Origin: Polyangiaceae bacterium | GTDB lineage: Bacteria; Myxococcota_A; Polyangia; Polyangiales; Polyangiaceae | Direction of reading: 5' to 3' | Length of the DNA stretch: 38,189 nt | Assembly: GCA_044222475.1 (NCBI GenBank) | Contig: JBGANF010000076.1 | Location: forward strand, 1-38,189 | Program-made: the position numbers and the translations under genes | Shown here: one piece after another, positions 1-10,389 of the stretch | Layout of the letters: every line of letters begins with the position of its first letter | Position numbering within the stretch: the first letter of the stretch is position 1 | The notes under the pieces: model-generated | Database searches by the model: none | What the model saw: only the letters and a program-made list of their open reading frames with translations | Told to the model about the DNA's origin: nothing

Positions 1-147
1 GGCACCAAGATGGTGATGCCGGGGGACAACATCAAGATGACGATCGAGCTCATCACGGCGGTGGGTCTCGAGGAGCAGATGCGCTTCGCGATTCGCGAAG
101 GCGGCCGCACCGTCGGCGCCGGCATCGTCACGAAGATCCTGGAGTAA
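1..147 (+). CDS. tuf: Elongation factor Tu, C-terminal end (5' truncated by window edge)
   Basis: Frame 1 reads [48 protein letters not shown], the EF-Tu C-terminal signature ([20 protein letters not shown]). Confidence 0.97.
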   Translation, partial: GTKMVMPGDNIKMTIELITAVGLEEQMRFAIREGGRTVGAGIVTKILE

Positions 148-150
148 CTC

Positions 151-453
<303 letters not shown>

Positions 454-463
454 GGAGCACGTC

Positions 464-1102
464 ATGGCAAAGATCGACGTCTTCAACATGAAACGAGAAA
501 AGGTCGGCTCGATCGACCTCGCCGACGAAGTGTTCGCCGGCGAAGTCAAAGAGCACCTCTTCTACGAGGTCGTGAAAGCTCAGCTCGCGTCGCGCCGTCA
601 GGGCACGGCGTCGGCCAAGGAGCGCTCGGCCGTCAGCGGCAGCACGAAGAAGCTCTACAAGCAGAAGGGCACTGGCCGCGCGCGCCACGGCTCGATCCGC
701 GCGCCGATCTACGTCGGCGGTGGTCGCGCTCACCCGCCGCGTCCGCGTGACTGGTCGTACCGTCCGCCCCAGAAGGTCCGCACCGGCGCGCTGATGAGCG
801 CGCTCTCGAAGTTCGCCAAGGAGGGTCGCCTCCTCGTGGTCGACCGCTTCGAGCTCGCGGAGATCAAGACCAAGGGTCTCCTCGCGGCGCTCACCACGCT
901 CAAGGCCGACAAGAAGGTCATCGTCGTCGACACGAACGACAACGAGAAGCTCCGCGCCTCGATCAAGAACTGCAAGGCCCACCAGTACCTGCCGCCGGAA
1001 GGCGTCAACGTGTACGACCTCCTTCGGCACGACACGCTGATCCTCTCGAAGGACGCGGCGAAGAAGCTCGAGGAGCGTTGTCTCAAGAAGGAGAGCGCGT
1101 GA
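464..1102 (+). CDS. rplD: 50S ribosomal protein L4
   Basis: RRQGT and QKGTGRARHGS motifs; GAGGAG RBS upstream. Confidence 0.98.
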   Translation: MAKIDVFNMKREKVGSIDLADEVFAGEVKEHLFYEVVKAQLASRRQGTASAKERSAVSGSTKKLYKQKGTGRARHGSIRAPIYVGGGRAHPPRPRDWSYRPPQKVRTGALMSALSKFAKEGRLLVVDRFELAEIKTKGLLAALTTLKADKKVIVVDTNDNEKLRASIKNCKAHQYLPPEGVNVYDLLRHDTLILSKDAAKKLEERCLKKESA

Positions 1103-1401
1103 TGCGAGCCGATACCATCCTCCGCCGCCCGATCGTGCTCACGGAGAAGTCGAACCTCCTCCGCGAGAAGAACCAAGTCGTCTTCGAGGTCGCTCGCGCG
1201 GCCAACAAGGCCCAGATCAAGGACGCCGTTCAGCTCATGTTCGGCGTCAAGGTCCTCGACGTGAACACCCTCGTCATGCGCGGCAAAGAGCGTCGCATGG
1301 GCCGAGGTCACGCGAAGACCCAGAACTGGAAGAAAGCCATCATCACGCTGAAGGAAGGCGACTCGATCGACTTCTTCGGCGACGCGCAAGCGAGCACCTG
1401 A
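1102..1401 (+). CDS. rplW: 50S ribosomal protein L23
   Basis: TEKS, ANKAQIK and WKKAIITL motifs; start moved to the ATG overlapping the rplD stop (TGATG). Confidence 0.96.
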   Translation: MRADTILRRPIVLTEKSNLLREKNQVVFEVARAANKAQIKDAVQLMFGVKVLDVNTLVMRGKERRMGRGHAKTQNWKKAIITLKEGDSIDFFGDAQAST

Positions 1402-1408
1402 GGAAGCC

Positions 1409-2242
1409 ATGGGAACCAAGTCCTACAAGCCCACGTCTCCGGCCCGCCGCTACTACACGTCGGCGGACTTCAAGGAGATCACCAAGGGCAAGAAGCCCGA
1501 GAAGAAGCTCCTCGAGCACCAGACGAGCACCGGTGGCCGCAACAACAACGGCCGCATCACCAGCCGCTTCCGCGGCGGTGGAAACAAGCAGCGCTACCGC
1601 ATCATCGACTGGCGCCGCGACAAGGTGAACGTCCCCGCGAAGGTCGCTTCGATCGAGTACGATCCGAACCGCACCGCGCGCATCGCGCTCCTGTCGTACA
1701 CCGACGGCGAGAAGCGCTACATCCTCGCGCCGGACGGGCTCAACGTCGGCGATCCGATCGTCTCGAGCCGCAACGCGGACATCAAGCCGGGCAACGCGAT
1801 GGCGCTCCGCCACATCCCGCTCGGCACGATGATCCACAACATCGAGATGAAGGTCGGCAAGGGCGGGCAGCTCGTTCGCTCCGCCGGCTCCGGCGCTTCG
1901 CTCATGGCGAAGGACGGCGACTACGCGCAGATCCGCATGCCGTCCGGCGAAGTCCGCATGATCCACCTCGACTGCCGGGCCACCATCGGCCAGGTGTCGA
2001 ACATCGATCACGCGAACATCACGATCGGCAAGGCTGGGCGTTCGCGCTGGGCCGGTCGTCGCCCGCACAACCGCGGCGTGACGATGAACCCGGTCGATCA
2101 CCCGATGGGCGGCGGCGAAGGCCGCAGCTCCGGCGGTCGTCACCCGTGCTCGCCGTGGGGTCAGCTCTCGAAGGGCCTCAAGACGCGCAACAACAAGCGG
2201 ACCGACGGCATGATCGTCAAGCGCCGTAACCAGAAGGGCTGA
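1409..2242 (+). CDS. rplB: 50S ribosomal protein L2
   Basis: [21 protein letters not shown] and [13 protein letters not shown] motifs. Confidence 0.99.
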   Translation: MGTKSYKPTSPARRYYTSADFKEITKGKKPEKKLLEHQTSTGGRNNNGRITSRFRGGGNKQRYRIIDWRRDKVNVPAKVASIEYDPNRTARIALLSYTDGEKRYILAPDGLNVGDPIVSSRNADIKPGNAMALRHIPLGTMIHNIEMKVGKGGQLVRSAGSGASLMAKDGDYAQIRMPSGEVRMIHLDCRATIGQVSNIDHANITIGKAGRSRWAGRRPHNRGVTMNPVDHPMGGGEGRSSGGRHPCSPWGQLSKGLKTRNNKRTDGMIVKRRNQKG

Positions 2243-2255
2243 GTAGGAGTTTCAC

Positions 2256-2576
2256 ATGCCGCGTTCAATCAAGAAGGGCCCCTTCATCGACGGTCATCTC
2301 TCGGAGAAGATCGCCGCCGCGCAAGCGACGCAGAGCAAGAAGGTCATCAAGACCTGGTCGCGCCGCTCGACGATCACCCCCGATGCGATCGGTCTCACGT
2401 TCGCCGTCCACAACGGACGCAAGTTCGTTCCGGTGTTCGTCACCGAACGAATGGTCGGTCACAAGCTCGGCGAGTTCGCGCCGACGCGCACGTTCCACGG
2501 TCACTCGGGCGACAAGAAGGGCAAAGTCGCGGCCGCTCCGGCCGCAGCCCCCGCCGCCAAGCCGGCCGGCAAGTAG
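2256..2576 (+). CDS. rpsS: 30S ribosomal protein S19 with Ala/Lys/Pro tail
   Basis: [17 protein letters not shown] and [11 protein letters not shown] motifs. Confidence 0.99.
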   Translation: MPRSIKKGPFIDGHLSEKIAAAQATQSKKVIKTWSRRSTITPDAIGLTFAVHNGRKFVPVFVTERMVGHKLGEFAPTRTFHGHSGDKKGKVAAAPAAAPAAKPAGK

Positions 2577-2585
2577 CACTCGCCA

Positions 2586-2633
2586 GAGGAGAGGACCGCA
2601 AGGACGAGGATCCTTGCGGTTCTCTTCTTTTTG
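2586..2633 (+). terminator. Intrinsic terminator after rpsS
   Basis: Stem gaggagaggaccgcaagga / tccttgcggttctcttc (with G-U pairs), 6-nt loop, followed by a T run. Confidence 0.85.
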
Positions 2634-2723
2634 TCGCCCGGATGTGGGTGGGTTGCTCACGTTAGGCGACCAAAATGGTGCGTGACCTGAGACTCCATCC
2701 AAGGAGTCCTGTAATTTTTCAAG

Positions 2724-4061
2724 ATGCGTTGGGCTGCGCTCGTTGCATCGGTGTTCGTCCTCGCCGGGTGCGGAGGATCGAGCAACATCACGTTCGGTGA
2801 TGCGAGCACGAACCCAGGTGACGACTCGAGTGTCGACGACTCGTCGGTGATCATCCTTCCCGATGCGAGCGTCGAAGCGGCGCCACCGTGCGAAGGGCTC
2901 AAGTGCCAACAGGTCACGTGCTCGAGCGGCAAGACCACCGTGAGCGGCACCGTCTACGATCCCGCGGGGAAGAACCCGATCTTCGGCGTCGTAGTGTACG
3001 TGCCGAATGCGCCGCTCGATCCGATCACGCACGGCGTGGTGTGCGACTCGTGCGGTGGCGCGAACGTCTCGGGCAAGCCGATCGTGACGACGCTCACCGA
3101 TGCGAAGGGGAAGTTCGTCCTCGAGAACGTGCCGGTCGGCTCGAACATCCCGCTCGTCATGCAGATCGGGAAATGGCGCCGCAAGATCACGCTGCCCACC
3201 GTTCCTCAGTGCGTCGACACCGCCATCGCGGACAAGAACCTCACGCGCCTGCCGAAGAACAAGAGCGAAGGCGACATGCCGCTCATCGCGCTCTCCACTG
3301 GCTGCGACCCGATGGAAGATCTCGTGAAGAAGATCGGCGTCGACCCGGCCGAGTACACGAACGGCACCGGCAACGGGATGGTGCACGTCTACGCCGGCAA
3401 GAGTGGTCCCACAGTGGTAACGGGCGCGACCGACGCGTACGCCTTCTGGGCCGACTACACGAAGATGTCCAAGTACGACATCTTGATCAACGAGTGCGAG
3501 TGCTCTCCGTTCGACCGCGGCACGGCGCAGGTCTACGCGAACATGGCGAAGTACCTCAACGAGGGCGGGCGCATGTTCGGGTCGCACTACCACATCAACT
3601 GGTTCAGCGACGGGAAGGCCTCGGCCGACTTGAACAGCGCCGCCACCTGGACGCCGTGGGGTAGCTGCGGGACGGCGCCGTACCTGATCGACCAGACGTT
3701 CCCGAAGGGGAAAGCGATGGCCGATTGGATGAAGAACGTCTTTCCCTCGTCCATTGCGGGTCAAGTGGCGATCACGTCGGGCTGCATGGTGAAGGACATC
3801 GGGGCGACCAAGACCGGGATCTCGCAGCGCTGGATCTACCAGCAGGCCGCGCCGTCTCCGCCCGGCTACATCTCGATCAACACCCCCACCACGCAACCGG
3901 CCGACAAGCGCTGCGGTCGCGCGGTCCTCTCCGACCTCCACGTCGGCACCTCCGGCACGACGATGACGGAGCAAGAAGGGGCGCTCGAGTTCATGTTCTT
4001 CGACTTGGCCGCGTGCGTCATCGACGACGGCAAGGTTCCTCAACCCCCACCCCCCAACTGA
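2724..4061 (+). CDS. Cys-rich lipoprotein, paralog 1 of 5 (N-terminal carboxypeptidase-regulatory/Cna-B-like beta-sandwich plus alpha/beta domain)
   Basis: Lipobox VLAGC. Shares motifs PPCxGLKCQQVxC, TT(V/I)SGTV, GKWRR, RLPKN, GCDP, ECEC, GGRxFxSHYH, FPKGKAM and FMFFDL with the next four ORFs. Domain names are from recall of similar myxobacterial proteins. Confidence 0.85.
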   Translation: MRWAALVASVFVLAGCGGSSNITFGDASTNPGDDSSVDDSSVIILPDASVEAAPPCEGLKCQQVTCSSGKTTVSGTVYDPAGKNPIFGVVVYVPNAPLDPITHGVVCDSCGGANVSGKPIVTTLTDAKGKFVLENVPVGSNIPLVMQIGKWRRKITLPTVPQCVDTAIADKNLTRLPKNKSEGDMPLIALSTGCDPMEDLVKKIGVDPAEYTNGTGNGMVHVYAGKSGPTVVTGATDAYAFWADYTKMSKYDILINECECSPFDRGTAQVYANMAKYLNEGGRMFGSHYHINWFSDGKASADLNSAATWTPWGSCGTAPYLIDQTFPKGKAMADWMKNVFPSSIAGQVAITSGCMVKDIGATKTGISQRWIYQQAAPSPPGYISINTPTTQPADKRCGRAVLSDLHVGTSGTTMTEQEGALEFMFFDLAACVIDDGKVPQPPPPN

Positions 4062-4114
4062 TCCTGGCGCAGCGACGCCGAATGCATCACGCTCCCTCCC
4101 CACCGAGACCACCA

Positions 4115-5506
4115 ATGAAGAACAAACTTTTCTTGTCCACCCTGTTCATCGCCGTCGCGATGCTCGTCGGCTGCGGCGGCGGCAAAAGCAGCGGCTTCGA
4201 CACCGATGCCGCCACCGAGAACGACGCCGCGACGAACGACGAAGATCCGATCATCGATCTTCCGGATGCGAGCGTAGAGGCGGCGCCGCCGTGCGTGGGC
4301 CTCAAGTGCCAGCAGGTCTCCTGCCCGAGCGGCAAGACGACCGTCACCGGAACGGTGTGGGACCCGGCGGGCAAGAACCCGCTCTACAACGTGGTCGTCT
4401 ACGTGCCGAACACGGCGCTCGACCCGATCCCGCACGGTCCGAAGTGCGACTCGTGCGGTGGCGCGAACATCTCCGGCAGCCCGGTCGTGACCGCGCTCAC
4501 CGATCCCAAGGGCAAGTTCGTCATGGACAACGTCCCGGTCGGTACGAACATCCCGATCGTGATTCAGGCCGGCAAGTGGCGCCGCAAGATCATCCTCCCC
4601 GAGGTGAAGGCCTGTGTCGACAACCCCATCATCGACACCGCGAACAACAAGGTGCTTCGTCTGCCGAAGAACAAGAGCGAAGGCGACATGCCGCTCATCG
4701 CGCTCACCGGCGGCTGCGATCCGATCCACACCCTGATGCAGAAGATCGGCATCGACCCGGCGGAGTTCACCACCGGTACCGGCAACGGCATGATCCGCGT
4801 GTTCGCGGGCACCGGCTCGTACAACGGCGGCGTGACCGGGGCGACCAGCGCGTACGCCTTCTACGGAAACAAGACCGAGCTCTTCAAGTACGACATCCTC
4901 ATCAACGAGTGCGAGTGCCAGCCGCTCGACCGCAACGCCCAGGGCCCGGGCTACGCCAACGTCGCCGCGTTCCTCAACGCCGGTGGCCGCGTCTTCAACT
5001 CGCACTACCACCTCAACTTCTACGGTGAGGTCGGCAAGGCCGACACGATGCTCCAGAACGCGGCCAACTGGACGCTCTGGGGCGGCAGCTACCCGTACAG
5101 CTCGCCGTACCTGATCGACACCACCTTCCCCAAGGGCAAGGCGATGGACGATTGGCTCCACAACCTCGTCGCGCCGAACACCGGCTGGCCGCAGTTCGTC
5201 AACTCGCCGAAGGGCCAGATCGTCACCTCGAACGTCGGTGACATCGGCCTCACGAAGGCGGGCCTGTCGCAGCGCTGGATCTACCCGACGACCGGCAACT
5301 CGACCGTGTACGTCTCGATCAACATGCCGACCAACGTCCCCGCCGACCAGCGGTGCGGTCGCGCCGTCGGCTCGGACATCCACGTCGGCAACGGCAGCCT
5401 GACGACCATGACGGAGCAAGAGGCAGCGCTCGAGTTCATGTTCTTCGACCTGGCCTCGTGCGTCATCGACGACTCGAAGCCGCCGGAGCCCCCGATCCCG
5501 AACTGA
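4115..5506 (+). CDS. Cys-rich lipoprotein, paralog 2 of 5
   Basis: Start reassigned to ATG 4115 (MKNKLFLSTLFIAVAMLVGC lipobox); same motif set as paralog 1. Confidence 0.85.
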   Translation: MKNKLFLSTLFIAVAMLVGCGGGKSSGFDTDAATENDAATNDEDPIIDLPDASVEAAPPCVGLKCQQVSCPSGKTTVTGTVWDPAGKNPLYNVVVYVPNTALDPIPHGPKCDSCGGANISGSPVVTALTDPKGKFVMDNVPVGTNIPIVIQAGKWRRKIILPEVKACVDNPIIDTANNKVLRLPKNKSEGDMPLIALTGGCDPIHTLMQKIGIDPAEFTTGTGNGMIRVFAGTGSYNGGVTGATSAYAFYGNKTELFKYDILINECECQPLDRNAQGPGYANVAAFLNAGGRVFNSHYHLNFYGEVGKADTMLQNAANWTLWGGSYPYSSPYLIDTTFPKGKAMDDWLHNLVAPNTGWPQFVNSPKGQIVTSNVGDIGLTKAGLSQRWIYPTTGNSTVYVSINMPTNVPADQRCGRAVGSDIHVGNGSLTTMTEQEAALEFMFFDLASCVIDDSKPPEPPIPN

Positions 5507-5557
5507 GCCCCGAAGATTTCCTGACGGATCCGACACGCTCAAGCCATCAGAGGTTCC

Positions 5558-6961
5558 ATGCGTACAAGTCTCATCGTTGCGTTCGCCTCGCTTGGGCTGT
5601 CGGCTCTGGTCGGTTGCGGTGGAGGGAACTCGAGTGGCTTCTTCAACGACTCGGGGACCCAGAACGACGCCGCGACGCAGGACGAAGATCCGATCATCGA
5701 GCTTCCGGACGCGAGCGTCGAGGCGGCCCCACCGTGCGTCGGGCTGAAGTGCCAACAGGTCTCTTGCCCGAGCGGCAAGACCACGGTCACCGGCACGGTG
5801 TGGGACCCGGCAGGGAAGAACCCGCTCTACAACGTCGTCGTCTACGTGCCGAACGCGGCGCTCGACCCGATCCCGCACGGCCCCAAGTGCGACTCGTGCG
5901 GCGGCGCGAACATCTCGGGTAGCCCGGTGGTCACCGCGCTCAGCGATCCCTACGGGAAGTTCGTCCTCGACAACGTCCCCGTCGGCACGAACATCCCCCT
6001 CGTCATCCAGGCGGGCAAGTGGCGCCGCAAGATCATCCTGCCCGAGGTGAAGGCCTGCGTCGACAACCCGATCGTCGACACCACGAACAACAAGGTCCTC
6101 CACCTGCCGAAGAACAAGAGCGAAGGCGACATGCCGCTCATCGCGCTCATGGGCGGCTGCGACCCGATCCACACGCTGATGCAGAAGATCGGCGTCGACC
6201 TGGCGGAGTTCACGCCCGGCACCGGCAACGGCATGGTCCACGTCTACTCGGGTTACGGCGGACAGAACGGTGGCATCGCCGGCGCGACGGATGCGTACGC
6301 GCTCTGGGGCAACAAGACGGAGCTCTTCAAGCACGACATCCTCATCAACGAGTGCGAGTGCGCCCCGCACCTCCGCTCGACCGTCGGACCCGGCTACGCG
6401 AACGTCGGCGACTACCTGCGCGCCGGCGGCCGCGTTTTCAGCTCGCACTACCACCTGAACTTCTACGGGAACGACCCCTCGAACCCGACCGGTGTGCCGG
6501 ATCCGATGCTTCTCGCCTCCACGAACTGGACGCTGTGGAGCCAAGCCGGCTCGTACAGCGCTCCGTACCTGATCGACACCACCTTCCCGAAGGGCAAGGC
6601 GATGGACCAATGGCTCCACAACCTCAAGACGGCGAGCGGCTGGCCCGCGTTCGTCAACTCGCCGAACGGGCAGATCGTCACGTCGAACGTCGGTGACATC
6701 GGCCTCACCAAGGCGGGTCTGTCGCAGCGTTGGATCTACCCGACGACCGGCAACTCCACCGTCTACGTCTCGGTCAACATGCCGACGAACGTCCCGGCCG
6801 ATCAGCGCTGCGGCCGCGCCGTCGGTTCGGACATCCACGTCGGCAACGGTAGCCTCACGAACATGACCGAGCAGGAAGCGGCGCTCGAGTTCATGTTCTT
6901 CGACCTCGCTTCGTGCGTCATCGACGACTCGAAGCCGCCGGAGCCTCCCATCCCCAACTGA
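5558..6961 (+). CDS. Cys-rich lipoprotein, paralog 3 of 5
   Basis: Lipobox ALVGC; AGAGG RBS; nearly identical to paralog 2 in the N-terminal domain and C-terminal block. Confidence 0.87.
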   Translation: MRTSLIVAFASLGLSALVGCGGGNSSGFFNDSGTQNDAATQDEDPIIELPDASVEAAPPCVGLKCQQVSCPSGKTTVTGTVWDPAGKNPLYNVVVYVPNAALDPIPHGPKCDSCGGANISGSPVVTALSDPYGKFVLDNVPVGTNIPLVIQAGKWRRKIILPEVKACVDNPIVDTTNNKVLHLPKNKSEGDMPLIALMGGCDPIHTLMQKIGVDLAEFTPGTGNGMVHVYSGYGGQNGGIAGATDAYALWGNKTELFKHDILINECECAPHLRSTVGPGYANVGDYLRAGGRVFSSHYHLNFYGNDPSNPTGVPDPMLLASTNWTLWSQAGSYSAPYLIDTTFPKGKAMDQWLHNLKTASGWPAFVNSPNGQIVTSNVGDIGLTKAGLSQRWIYPTTGNSTVYVSVNMPTNVPADQRCGRAVGSDIHVGNGSLTNMTEQEAALEFMFFDLASCVIDDSKPPEPPIPN

Positions 6962-6981
6962 CGCAGACGAGCAGGAGCACC

Positions 6982-8334
6982 ATGCGAACGTTTCATGCCC
7001 TTGGTTTGAGCGCGGCCGCAGGTCTCTTGGTCGCCGCGTGTGGTGGTAGCGGAGGCGCGGTGTTCGGCGATGCCGGCACGAACCCGCCCGACGATTCGTC
7101 CGTAGGCGACGACTCGCCCTTCATCGATCTCCCGGACGCCAGCATCGAAGCTGCGCCGCCGTGCACCGGCCTCAAGTGCCAACAGGTCACCTGCCCGAAC
7201 AGCGGAAAGACCACCATCAGCGGCACCGTGTTCGCACCGAACGGGACCCTGCCGCTCTACAACGTGATCGTCTACGTGCCCAACGCCCCGCTCGATCCGA
7301 TCCCGAGCGGTGCCACGTGCGACGCGTGCGGCGCTCAGGTCTCGGGCTCCCCGATCGTCACCACCCTGACCAACGCCGAGGGCAAGTTCGTCCTCGAGAA
7401 CGTGCCGGTCGGGACGAACATCCCGCTCGTCATGCAAATCGGCAAGTGGCGCCGCCAGATCACGATCCCGAACGTCACCGCCTGCGTCGACACCCCGCTC
7501 ACGAACCCCCAAGACACGCGCCTCCCGAAGAATCGCACCGAGGGCAACATCCCGAAGATCGCGGTGACCACCGGCGGCTGCGATCCGCTCGCATGCCTGC
7601 TGCCGAAGATCGGCATCGAGGCAGGCGAGTACTCGGTGAGCTCGGCCGGCCCCCAGCGCGTGACGTTGTACGCCGGTCAAGGAGGCTCGGGACCGACGGG
7701 CATCACCCCGGCGACGAACCTCTGGGGCAACGCGACCGAGATGAAGAAGTTCGACCTCGCGATCTTCAGCTGCGAGTGCTCGGAGTACAACACCAACAAG
7801 ACGAACCCGCAGGCGGTGCAGGACTACGTGGACTCGGGCGGCAAGCTCTTCACGTCGCACTTCCACTACACCTGGTTCAAGAACCTGATCCCGGCCTGGC
7901 AGACGACGGCGGCGTGGGGCTCGGCCTCGGGCTCGACTCCGGCCTATGTCGACCAGAGCTTCCCCAAGGGGAAGGCGATGGCCGATTGGCTCAACTTCCA
8001 GAGCATCTCGCCGACCAACGTGCCGCTCACCCAGGTCACGCTCAACGCCGGCGCAGTGAACCCGCCGACGACGCGCTGGCTCTACGCGAACGGCGGCACC
8101 ACCTCGCACTACCTTTCGTTCAACGCGCCAGTCGGCAAGCAGCCTGCGCAGCAGTGCGGCAAGGCGGTCTTCGGCGGCATGCACATCGGCACCGGCTCGG
8201 TCAGCACGACGTATCCGGCGGGCTGCACCTCGGCGCTCACGGCGCAAGAGAAGGTGCTCGCGTTCCTGTTCTTCGATCTGTCGTCGTGCGTCCAGGACGA
8301 CTCGAAGCCGCCGGTCCCGCCGAACCCGAACTGA
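6982..8334 (+). CDS. Cys-rich lipoprotein, paralog 4 of 5 (second subtype)
   Basis: AGGAG RBS, ATG 6982, lipobox LVAAC; motifs APNGTLPL, IPKIAVTTGGCDP, SCEC, SHFH, QEKVLAFLFFDL. Confidence 0.86.
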   Translation: MRTFHALGLSAAAGLLVAACGGSGGAVFGDAGTNPPDDSSVGDDSPFIDLPDASIEAAPPCTGLKCQQVTCPNSGKTTISGTVFAPNGTLPLYNVIVYVPNAPLDPIPSGATCDACGAQVSGSPIVTTLTNAEGKFVLENVPVGTNIPLVMQIGKWRRQITIPNVTACVDTPLTNPQDTRLPKNRTEGNIPKIAVTTGGCDPLACLLPKIGIEAGEYSVSSAGPQRVTLYAGQGGSGPTGITPATNLWGNATEMKKFDLAIFSCECSEYNTNKTNPQAVQDYVDSGGKLFTSHFHYTWFKNLIPAWQTTAAWGSASGSTPAYVDQSFPKGKAMADWLNFQSISPTNVPLTQVTLNAGAVNPPTTRWLYANGGTTSHYLSFNAPVGKQPAQQCGKAVFGGMHIGTGSVSTTYPAGCTSALTAQEKVLAFLFFDLSSCVQDDSKPPVPPNPN

Positions 8335-8335
8335 C

Positions 8336-9673
8336 GTGGAGCTCGGAGCGTCGCTTCGATTCTCCCTCGTCGCCGCGTTGCTCGTGGCGTGCGGCGAGAC
8401 GAGAAGCGAATTCCCACCGCAGCCGGACGCATCGGTCACGAGTGATGCGCAGGGCGAAGGTTCGTGTTTTTGCGGGGATGGCCCCACGTGGGACGTACGT
8501 CCGCCATGCGCCAACCTGGAATGCCAACAGGTCCAGTGCATGAAGGGGACGACGACGATCAGCGGGACGGTGTTCGCGCCGAACGGCACCCTCCCGCTGG
8601 CGGGCGTGACTGTTTACGTGCCGAACGCGAATCCTACGCCCATCGTGTCCGGCACCACCGCATGCGATCCGTCGTGCACGGCACAGCTCAGTGGTGTTCC
8701 GCTCGTCACCACACGATCCGACGCGCACGGGAAGTTCGTCCTCGAGAACGTGCCGGTCGGATCGAACATCCCGCTCGTGTTGCAGATCGGAAAGTGGCGG
8801 CGCCAGCTCACGATGCCGAATGTGTCGCCATGCGTCGACACTGCCTTGCCGCCCACGCTCACACGACTGCCGGCCAAACGCAGCGAAGGTGACATCCCGA
8901 AGATCGCGGTGACCACGGGCGGCTGTGATCCCATTGCGTGCCTCTTGCCGAAACTCGGGCTCGCCGCGTCCGAATTCGCCGTGACGTCTGCAGCCTCCGC
9001 GCGCATCACGCTGTACGCCGGTGATGGAGGCTCGGGCCCGTCGGGCATCGGTCCCGCGTCCAACCTCTGGAGCAATTCGACCGAGCTCGCCAAGTTCGAC
9101 ATCGCGCTCTTCGGATCGGAGTGCGCCGAGCACCCCGAAACGAAAGCGACTCCGCTCGCACTGCGCGACTGGGTGAACGCTGGCGGCAAACTCCTCGCGA
9201 CGCACCATCAGGCGGTTTGGTTTCGTGATCTGATCCCCGAGTGGAAGTCGACGGCGGCGTGGGGCTCAGCTTCTTCGACTGCACCAGCGATCGTCGACGT
9301 GAGTTTCCCGCAAGGCAAACGGCTTGGCGATTGGCTCGATGGACAAGGGCTCACGAGCTCGGCGCTCGCACTCACCGGCGTCGACCCTGGCGTCGGTGCG
9401 GTCTCGTTGCCGACCCTAGGTTGGGTGCGCCCGACATCGGGGAACGCAACGCACGTCGTGTCGTTCGGTGCGCCGGTCGGAACGAAGTGGGATGCGCAGT
9501 GCGGCCGCGTCGCGTACGCCGGGATGGACGTCGGCAACCCCGCGGACGTGGTGGACGCCACGTTCCCGACGGGGTGCTCGGCGACGCTCACGCCGCAAGA
9601 GAGAGTGCTCGCCTTTCTCTTCTTTCAGCTCACCGCGTGCAATCAGGGTTCGACCGGGCCCGGAGGCGAGTGA
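8336..9673 (+). CDS. Cys-rich lipoprotein, paralog 5 of 5 (divergent)
   Basis: GTG start 1 nt after the paralog 4 stop; lipobox LLVAC; closest to paralog 4; altered conserved His/Cys motifs and C-terminus. Confidence 0.8.
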   Translation: MELGASLRFSLVAALLVACGETRSEFPPQPDASVTSDAQGEGSCFCGDGPTWDVRPPCANLECQQVQCMKGTTTISGTVFAPNGTLPLAGVTVYVPNANPTPIVSGTTACDPSCTAQLSGVPLVTTRSDAHGKFVLENVPVGSNIPLVLQIGKWRRQLTMPNVSPCVDTALPPTLTRLPAKRSEGDIPKIAVTTGGCDPIACLLPKLGLAASEFAVTSAASARITLYAGDGGSGPSGIGPASNLWSNSTELAKFDIALFGSECAEHPETKATPLALRDWVNAGGKLLATHHQAVWFRDLIPEWKSTAAWGSASSTAPAIVDVSFPQGKRLGDWLDGQGLTSSALALTGVDPGVGAVSLPTLGWVRPTSGNATHVVSFGAPVGTKWDAQCGRVAYAGMDVGNPADVVDATFPTGCSATLTPQERVLAFLFFQLTACNQGSTGPGGE

Positions 9674-10376
9674 CCGAAGTTTGCTCGTTCCCCCAGCGCA
9701 CGAACGGGTTCGCGATGCGCCCGGCTCGTCGATAGCCCGCGCGTAGCAACCAAAGGCTCGGCTCGCTCACCGGCGGTGGACCCGTTCCGGGTGACCATTT
9801 GGGGACGCGAACCTCGTGCGCGAAGTGCGTTTCGACACGCGCCGACGAATACGGATCGAGCAGCGCGCGATCGGTGGTGGGCACGTGATGGGCGTGGTTG
9901 AAGAGCACGTACGCGATCGCGTTGCGCACGGCCGACGGCGTCGCGAGAACGCGCGCGTGGTAGCGATGATCGAGCACCTTGCCGCGCCGACGCCGCATGA
10001 CGTCGCGATTGACGCGCTTCGCGAGCCGAATCGAGAACCCCTGCATGCGACGGGCGAGCACGGTGCGGTCGCCCGCCTCGACCACCAGGTGCAGGTGGTT
10101 TCCTTGCACCGAGTAGTGCGTGACGCGCAGCTCCCCGCGGCGTTCTTCGGCCTTCAGCGCGTGCTCGACGGCACGGAAGCCGCGCTGGCTCCGCAAGTTC
10201 GGCACATCGCGAGCCATGCGGACGGTAACGTGAACCGCCGCGCGATCGCCGTCGAACGGTTCGCGCGCGCGATGGGACACCGAACGAGGCTTCGGAGGGC
10301 GACCCATGCGCGGCGTTCGACGAGCCTGCGCCGCGAACGGCAGAGCCACTTGAAGAGGCCTGGATGGGCGCCACAT
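9630..10376 (-). mobile_element. RAYT-like (REP-associated tyrosine transposase; IS200/Y1 HUH superfamily) nuclease
   Basis: HVTVR N-terminal strand, HUH motif YSVQGNHLHLVVEA, RYHAR, catalytic-Tyr helix NAIAYVLFN, DPYSS. Start placed at ATG 10376 (MWRPSRPLQVALPF); no tnpB partner. Confidence 0.85.
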
Positions 10377-10389
10377 CGACTTATGGCAT

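Noticed and set aside
2265..8589. Long antisense ORFs (616, 932 and 595 aa) and similar shadows over r-protein genes
   Set aside because: Expected from high GC3 codon bias on the opposite strand; no motifs, and they fully overlap well-supported genes.
2724..9673. Diversity-generating retroelement acting on the lipoprotein array
   Set aside because: No reverse transcriptase; differences between copies are synonymous changes and indels, not adenine-specific TR/VR mismatches.
9630..10376. Canonical IS200/IS605 element
   Set aside because: No tnpB, longer than IS200 TnpA, and the motifs fit the RAYT-like branch better; element ends not definable.
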